A stretch of DNA of 64,000 nucleotides from Thermoanaerobaculia bacterium (lineage in GTDB: Bacteria > Acidobacteriota > Thermoanaerobaculia > Multivoradales > Multivoraceae). The notes below the pieces were generated by a model. It was given only the letters and a program-made list of their open reading frames with translations, made no database searches and was not told the DNA's origin. The position numbers were made by a program, and so were the translations under genes. The stretch is taken from positions 5,984,001 through 6,048,000 of the forward strand of contig OY761158.1 in NCBI GenBank assembly GCA_963664405.1. Reading direction: 5' to 3'. Position 1 is the first letter of the stretch, and each line of letters opens with the position of its first letter. This document shows, in pieces, positions 58,666-64,000 of this stretch.

Positions 58666-60090
58666 TCAGAAGGGGGTCCTTTCGGCCCAGGGGCGTGCCT
58701 TCTCGAGCTGGGCCGCCAGTCGAAAGAGAGAAGCTTCGTCGCCGAAGGGGGCGGCGAATTGAATGCCGATCGGGAGACCGGCGGCGCTCCAGGCGAGGGG
58801 AACCGACATCGCCGGATTGCCCGCCACGTTCATGAGCTGGGTGAAGGCGATGGTCTGGAAGAGGTGAATCATGGTGTCGTCGACATCATCGGTGGAGAGA
58901 GACAGCAGACCCAGCTTCTTCGGCGGAGTCGCCATGGTGGGGGAGAGTAGGACGTCCCAATTGTCGAAGAATTGGGCCACCTGGCGGCCTACTCGGTGCA
59001 CGACCCTGATGGCGAGCGCGTAGTCGGCACTGGTAGCCTGCTTCGCGTTCTCCGCCATGGAATAGGTGACCGGCTCGACATCATCCTCGGTGTATGCCCT
59101 CCCGACCACTTTCGCGCGCTCTTCGAGATTGGCGCGGATGTTGGCGCCGACGATGGTGCCGGCGGCTCTGGATAGGTCCTCTCGATCGAGCTCGGGCGCC
59201 GCCTCTTCGACTTCGTGTCCGAGCTCTTGGCATAGGCGGGCGACTTCCTCAGCGGCGGCAATGCACTCCGGGTCGACCTGCGAGTTGTTGAAGGCGCGGG
59301 TAGTGAGAGCGATGCGTAGTTTGCCGGGAGGGCGGGAAAGCTCTCCCAGGTAGGGGCGAGTGGGAGGCGGCGCCCAATACGGATCGCCGGGTTCGGGTCC
59401 GGCGGCGATGTCGAGCAGGGCGGCGCTGTCGCGAACCGAGCGACTGACTACGTGCGCCGTGCTCAGGCCACTCCAACCTTCGCCCAGGTCGGGCCCGGAG
59501 GAGACGCGGGCGCGGCTGGGCTTGAGACCGAAGAGTCCGCAGCACGATGCCGGAATACGGATCGAGCCCCCGCCGTCACTGGCGTGTGCTGCCGGGAGGA
59601 TGCCGGCCGCGACCGCGGCGGCGGCGCCGCCCGACGAACCTCCCGCGACGTGCTCCAGGTTCCATGGATTGCGGGTTACGCCGAAGAGGACCGATTCTGT
59701 GGAAGTCGTGAGCCCGAACTCGGGAGATGCGCTCTTGCCGAAGACCACCAGGCCCGCGTTCTTGTAGCGGCGCACCAGGTAGCTGTCGTGATCGGCGACC
59801 TGGTCGGCGTAGAAGCGACATCCGTGGGTGGTGATGGCGCCCTTGTAGTAGACACCCAGATCCTTGAGCAGGAAGGGGACCCCTCGCAGTGGACCCGCGG
59901 GCAGATCTCCGCGCGTCCGCGCTCTTGCCTCATCGAACATGGGGATTGCAATGGAGTTGAGATCCGTGCCGACTTCCTCCGCCCGGGCAATGGCGGCTTC
60001 GAGGATCTCGGTGGTCTCGAAATCCCCCGCGGCGATATGCGAGGCAAGGGCTAGGGCATCGAGCTTTGCGTACTCTTCGAACGACAACAT
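58666..60090 (-). CDS. Amidase signature family protein
   Basis: GVPFLLKD, GGSSGG and SDGGGSIRIPA. Confidence 0.93.
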   Translation of the reverse strand: MLSFEEYAKLDALALASHIAAGDFETTEILEAAIARAEEVGTDLNSIAIPMFDEARARTRGDLPAGPLRGVPFLLKDLGVYYKGAITTHGCRFYADQVADHDSYLVRRYKNAGLVVFGKSASPEFGLTTSTESVLFGVTRNPWNLEHVAGGSSGGAAAAVAAGILPAAHASDGGGSIRIPASCCGLFGLKPSRARVSSGPDLGEGWSGLSTAHVVSRSVRDSAALLDIAAGPEPGDPYWAPPPTRPYLGELSRPPGKLRIALTTRAFNNSQVDPECIAAAEEVARLCQELGHEVEEAAPELDREDLSRAAGTIVGANIRANLEERAKVVGRAYTEDDVEPVTYSMAENAKQATSADYALAIRVVHRVGRQVAQFFDNWDVLLSPTMATPPKKLGLLSLSTDDVDDTMIHLFQTIAFTQLMNVAGNPAMSVPLAWSAAGLPIGIQFAAPFGDEASLFRLAAQLEKARPWAERTPF

Positions 60091-60104
60091 GAGGTTCTCT
60101 CCTT

Positions 60105-60415
60105 CTAGGCTCCAGAAATGATGGCTATCATTTCCTCCGCCTAGTTGTCTCTTGGCGCCGAGGACGGCGCACTCAGGCGTAGCTTCTTATTCGCTCCGGG
60201 AAACGGCTCAGGCCGAATACTCGGACACGCTCCTAGCCTCCAGAAATGATTGATATCATTTCCTCCGGCTAGTTGCCCTTTGGCGCCGAGGACGGCGCAC
60301 TCGGGCGTAGCTTCCTATTCGCTCCGGGAAACGGCTCAGGAGGAATACTCGGACACGCTCCTAGCCTCCGGGAGTGATCGCTATCTAGTTTCTGTTTGGC
60401 GCCGAGGACGGCCCA
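60105..60415 (+). repeat. Two tandem repeat units (128-bp period, shared CTAG) plus a partial third; two empty IS110 targets
   Basis: Units 60105-60236 and 60233-60364; partial unit from 60361. Confidence 0.92.
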
Positions 60416-61212
60416 TTCGGAGTCCTCTGACCTGGACTCCGGCGCTCGCCGAGGCGACCGATGATGGCGCGTAGGGCCTCCAGACCTTCGACGAGTCGCG
60501 GGGAGGGGCGACCGAGGATCGCTTCAGGGACCACGAAGACCCTTTTCTTGCGCAACGCCGCGAGATCCTTCCACGCTGGGTTCTCGTAGATCAACTCGGG
60601 ACGGATCTTGTCGGTCTTGATGCCGCACCAGGAGAGCACGATGGCGTCGGGGTCGAGCTCTCGGACCTCGTTATCGGTCAGCGGGCGACTCTTTACTTCC
60701 TCGTTAGCGAGCGGATTGCTGCCTCCGGCGGCGACGATCAAGTCGTGGGTCCAGCTGCGGCGACCCGGTGCAATTACCGGTTTGGGCCACCATTGGACCA
60801 GGACGGAGGGTGGATTCTCGTAGGGGTGGCTGCCGGGTTCCAAAGCGTCGCGCAAGCGAGCAATCAGGGCAGCCCCCTCCGCTGGGTGCCCAAGATGCTC
60901 GGCGATCTGGGTAATGCTCTCGAGCACATCTCCGATCGATGTGGGCTCTGGCGCAAGGAAAGGGAGCGCGGCGGCTTGAAGCTTCTCGATGACCACTTCG
61001 TGACCGGGGACGGTGAGCGAGGCCAGGACCAGGTCGGGCTCGAGGGCGGCGACCTTCTCGATGTCGGGGCTCAGATCAGGGCCGACGCGGGGGAGCCCGT
61101 CTACGACCTCGGCGGGGAAGTCACTATGGTCGTCAACACCGACGAGGCAACTAGCGAGCCCGAGCTCACAGAGGATCTCGGTGTTCGAGCAGGCCAGAGA
61201 AACAACGCGCAT
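60385..61212 (-). CDS. Cobalamin/Fe periplasmic-binding protein (BtuF-like)
   Basis: RVVSL..S.TE, VGVD..SDFP and RPSPRL; stop codon supplied by the repeat CTAG. Confidence 0.85.
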   Translation of the reverse strand: MRVVSLACSNTEILCELGLASCLVGVDDHSDFPAEVVDGLPRVGPDLSPDIEKVAALEPDLVLASLTVPGHEVVIEKLQAAALPFLAPEPTSIGDVLESITQIAEHLGHPAEGAALIARLRDALEPGSHPYENPPSVLVQWWPKPVIAPGRRSWTHDLIVAAGGSNPLANEEVKSRPLTDNEVRELDPDAIVLSWCGIKTDKIRPELIYENPAWKDLAALRKKRVFVVPEAILGRPSPRLVEGLEALRAIIGRLGERRSPGQRTPNGPSSAPNRN

Positions 61213-61255
61213 CGAGACTTACTGTATCGTCGAGGGGAGAGCTTTCGATTTGGCG

Positions 61256-62008
61256 ATGCGATTGGCGGGTTTGCGCTGGGTGCTTGGTAAGACGTTCTGG
61301 GGAGCCGTCTTACTCGTTGGCGTGTCCTGGTATTTCAAGGGTTCGCCGGTTCCCCCGGAGGCCGTCGACCCTCGGCTGCTCGAGCCGCCTCGGCAGCTCG
61401 CCACCGACCGTGCGGCTTTCGACTTCGAGTACAAGGGGAAGCAGTGCCGTGTGCGCCCGGTCGCTGATTACGAGATTCACGGCCTGGTTGTCAGCCACAA
61501 CAATATCGAGAGCCTTGCCGACATCTACCATGACAGCACCTCGGTCGACACCAAGGATCTGTGTGTGCTGTGGGGAAACAACCTGCGCAGTGATGATTTT
61601 CACCAAGTGCGTTTTTCGAGCGGTCCTTTCACTTGCTACTTTCGCTACCCGGCCGCAGTCTCCTTTGATCATGAAGGGCTCTCCAATAACCACCTCATTA
61701 CCGACGATCTCCTAGTGCGACAGCGTATCGGGCAGGTCAATGTGGGTGACCAGGTTCGCCTCAGAGGCTTCCTGGCGAACTATCAGATGGAGGACTGGGA
61801 GTCGTTCTGGAGGGAGACGAGCACGACCAGGAAGGATTCTGATTGTGAGGTGATGTTTGTCGAAGAGGTGGAGATCCTACGGCGAGGAACGCCGGGGTGG
61901 TACGCCGCATACAGGCTCGGTTGGGTTCTACTCGCCGCGATTCCGGTGCTCTTTGTGATCGCACTGTGGCTGGAGTCGGCCCCTCCGTCGGCGGCCACGC
62001 GCGGTTGA
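61256..62008 (+). CDS. Hypothetical membrane-anchored protein
   Basis: N- and C-terminal TM segments, DLC..WG.N and SNNHLI. Confidence 0.6.
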   Translation: MRLAGLRWVLGKTFWGAVLLVGVSWYFKGSPVPPEAVDPRLLEPPRQLATDRAAFDFEYKGKQCRVRPVADYEIHGLVVSHNNIESLADIYHDSTSVDTKDLCVLWGNNLRSDDFHQVRFSSGPFTCYFRYPAAVSFDHEGLSNNHLITDDLLVRQRIGQVNVGDQVRLRGFLANYQMEDWESFWRETSTTRKDSDCEVMFVEEVEILRRGTPGWYAAYRLGWVLLAAIPVLFVIALWLESAPPSAATRG

Positions 62009-62013
62009 CGCTC

Positions 62014-62532
62014 TCAGCTCACCACGAAAGTCTGCGCGGCACGATCCTTCTTGGGGCCGGGGAAGGCGAGGGCGCGGCCGTGGGCGACGACCCAGACTCC
62101 CGGTTGCAGAGTGCCGGTCGCGAAGATCGCTTCAGTGAGGTTCTGTAGGGCGTCGGAGCGCTTCATCTCGAAGGGGCGGATGGCCCCGGTGAGAATGACC
62201 GGAATCTCGATGGGGTTCAGGCCACCGCGGAGTAGCTCTCCGGTCTGGGTGAGGGTGTCGGTGCCGTGAAGGATGACGACACCATCGCTGCCAGTGCTCC
62301 TGTTTTCGGCGCCGGCGAGTCGTGCGGCTTCCAGGATTCGTTGGCGATCGGTATCGGTCATCTCCAGGGAGTCCTTGGACATCAGTTCGATTACCGAGAT
62401 CTCAGTGTTCTCGAGGCGAAGCTCGGCCAACATTCGGCGGACCTGACTGGAAAGGTTGACCAATTCGCCGCTGTTCTCGTCGTAGGTCTTCTCTATGGTG
62501 CCACCCGTGGTGATGATAGTGATCCGCCTCAT
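62014..62532 (-). CDS. Short asparaginase-domain protein
   Basis: TTGGTIEK, KDSL, HGTDT, LTGA and SDA. Confidence 0.9.
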   Translation of the reverse strand: MRRITIITTGGTIEKTYDENSGELVNLSSQVRRMLAELRLENTEISVIELMSKDSLEMTDTDRQRILEAARLAGAENRSTGSDGVVILHGTDTLTQTGELLRGGLNPIEIPVILTGAIRPFEMKRSDALQNLTEAIFATGTLQPGVWVVAHGRALAFPGPKKDRAAQTFVVS

Positions 62533-62580
62533 CTCGAGATCCTATCGGAGGCGGGGCCCTTCGCCAGGACGGCTTGGTCT

Positions 62581-64000
62581 CTACCGGAAGTCGTGGCTCG
62601 GGATCTCGGCCAGGCTCTCGAGAGGCCACAGACGATCGGCTCGGATGGAGAGAGAGCCGTCCCGCTTTTGTAGTAGCCCCTCGATGATGAGAGCCGACGA
62701 CCCAACGATGGTCTTGCGGTACTTTTGGAGCAGTTGAGGGCTCACCATCGCCTGCACCATTCCGGTCTCGTCTTCTACAGTGACGAAGAGAAGGCCTTTT
62801 GCTGTCCCCGGGCGTTGACGCACGATTACCGACCCTGCTGTGCGCACCTGTAGATTCGCCGGTAGTTTGTCGAGACTTGCGGCACTGCGGATTCCCTTCT
62901 GATCGAGACTCTTTCTCCAGTACTCCATGGGATGTGGACCGACGGTTACATCGGTTGTGACGAAGTCGGCCACGGTCTCTTCCAGCTTCGACATCTCCGG
63001 CAGGGGAGAGGGGCTGCGGTCGGCAGAGTCGTCAAAGAGAGGGCCGGTGGCGCGTGAGACTCGGGCGACCTGCCACAGGGCCTTTCGCCGGGTCAGCTGC
63101 AGTGAAGCCATAGCGCCGGCATGAGCGAGAGCGACCAGCTCGTTCTCTCGCAGCCCGCAACGCCGGGCGAGATCCTCGGGATTGTCGAAAGGGGCTCGGT
63201 GGCGTTCCTTCTCGATCGTCTGTCCCGCTACTTTACGCAGGCCCTTGATAAAGCGGAGGCCGAGTCGGAGAGCTCCCTTTGCTTGTCGTTGCCTGCCTCC
63301 GGACTCTGTGCCGTTGACATTCGGCTCCCAAGTGCATTTCCACCCTGACAGGTTGACGTCGATGGGTCGAGCTTCGACACCGCGACGCTGGGCATCCTTG
63401 ATCAGGGTTGCGGGGTGGTAGAAGCCCATCGGCCAGGCATTGAGTAGCGATACATAGAAGGCGGTGGGGTGGTACACCTTGAGGAAGGCGCTGGCGTAGG
63501 CGATGAGGGCGAAGCTGGCCGAATGGGATTCGGGAAAGCCGTATAGAGCGAAGGAAGTGATCTGCTGGACGACCTCGTCTTGGGCTTTGCCGGTAATCCC
63601 TCGTTCCGTCATCCCTACTCTCAGTCGATTCTCGATCTTTTCCATCCGCTCCATGGAGCGTTTGAACCCCATCGCGCGGCGCAACTCTTCGGCTTCACCG
63701 CCGGAGAAGCCGGCGGCGACCATGGCGATCTTGAGGATCTGCTCTTGAAAGATGGGCACGCCGAGAGTGCGTCGGAGAATGGGCTCCAGGCTGGGGTGTG
63801 GGTAGCGCACCTCCTCTCGGCCCATGCGGCGTTCGAAATAGGGGTGGGCCATCTTGCCGACGATGGGTCCGGGGCGGATGATGGCGATCTGGATGACCAG
63901 ATCGTAGAAGCGGCGGGGATCATTGCGGGGAAGAGAGGCCATCTGAGCACGGCTCTCGACTTGGAAGAGGCCGACGGTGTCGGCTTGACGGAGAAGGCGG
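62581..64000 (-). CDS. dnaE2: Error-prone DNA polymerase (DnaE2), 3' part
   Basis: IRPGPI, GVPIFQEQ, YGFPESHSASFA, PMGFY and RQRPGTAKG. Confidence 0.93.
   Translation of the reverse strand, partial: RLLRQADTVGLFQVESRAQMASLPRNDPRRFYDLVIQIAIIRPGPIVGKMAHPYFERRMGREEVRYPHPSLEPILRRTLGVPIFQEQILKIAMVAAGFSGGEAEELRRAMGFKRSMERMEKIENRLRVGMTERGITGKAQDEVVQQITSFALYGFPESHSASFALIAYASAFLKVYHPTAFYVSLLNAWPMGFYHPATLIKDAQRRGVEARPIDVNLSGWKCTWEPNVNGTESGGRQRQAKGALRLGLRFIKGLRKVAGQTIEKERHRAPFDNPEDLARRCGLRENELVALAHAGAMASLQLTRRKALWQVARVSRATGPLFDDSADRSPSPLPEMSKLEETVADFVTTDVTVGPHPMEYWRKSLDQKGIRSAASLDKLPANLQVRTAGSVIVRQRPGTAKGLLFVTVEDETGMVQAMVSPQLLQKYRKTIVGSSALIIEGLLQKRDGSLSIRADRLWPLESLAEIPSHDFR

Noticed and set aside
60105-60415. 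Tandem repeats as a CRISPR array
   Set aside because: Units are 128 bp with no unique spacers, and there are no cas genes in the window

Overview
High-GC bacterial window. The TonB-receptor and PQQ cargo and the housekeeping genes look Acidobacteria-like, which is an inference. Positions 44.5-64 kb are ordinary chromosome (terC-like, msrA, xth, LLM oxidoreductases, amidase, btuF-like, asparaginase, dnaE2) with one ISAzo13, a MITE and a modular CTAG-bounded repeat family. Positions 690-44369 form one nested accessory island inside a single cluster of that repeat. Two near-identical IS110-family (IS1111-type) elements sit in the repeat, and their 3' non-coding RNA carries guides matching it. 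The first copy is split by a circularly permuted ~38.9 kb plasmid (922-39783) whose repA is broken exactly at the crossover, and again by a 477-bp IS21-like MITE that itself holds an IS256. The plasmid carries iterons, a DnaA box, parA with its partner and centromere-like repeats, H-NS, HigBA and many gene fragments. It also carries a Cre-like recombinase with two inverted lox-like sites that appear to have flipped the gene away from its promoter. Finally, two divergent four-gene IS21-like transposons (Zn-finger ORF, istA, istB, extra ORF) have each inserted about 430-450 bp inside a different IS256-family element. All product calls come from motifs recognised by eye; no database search was run.
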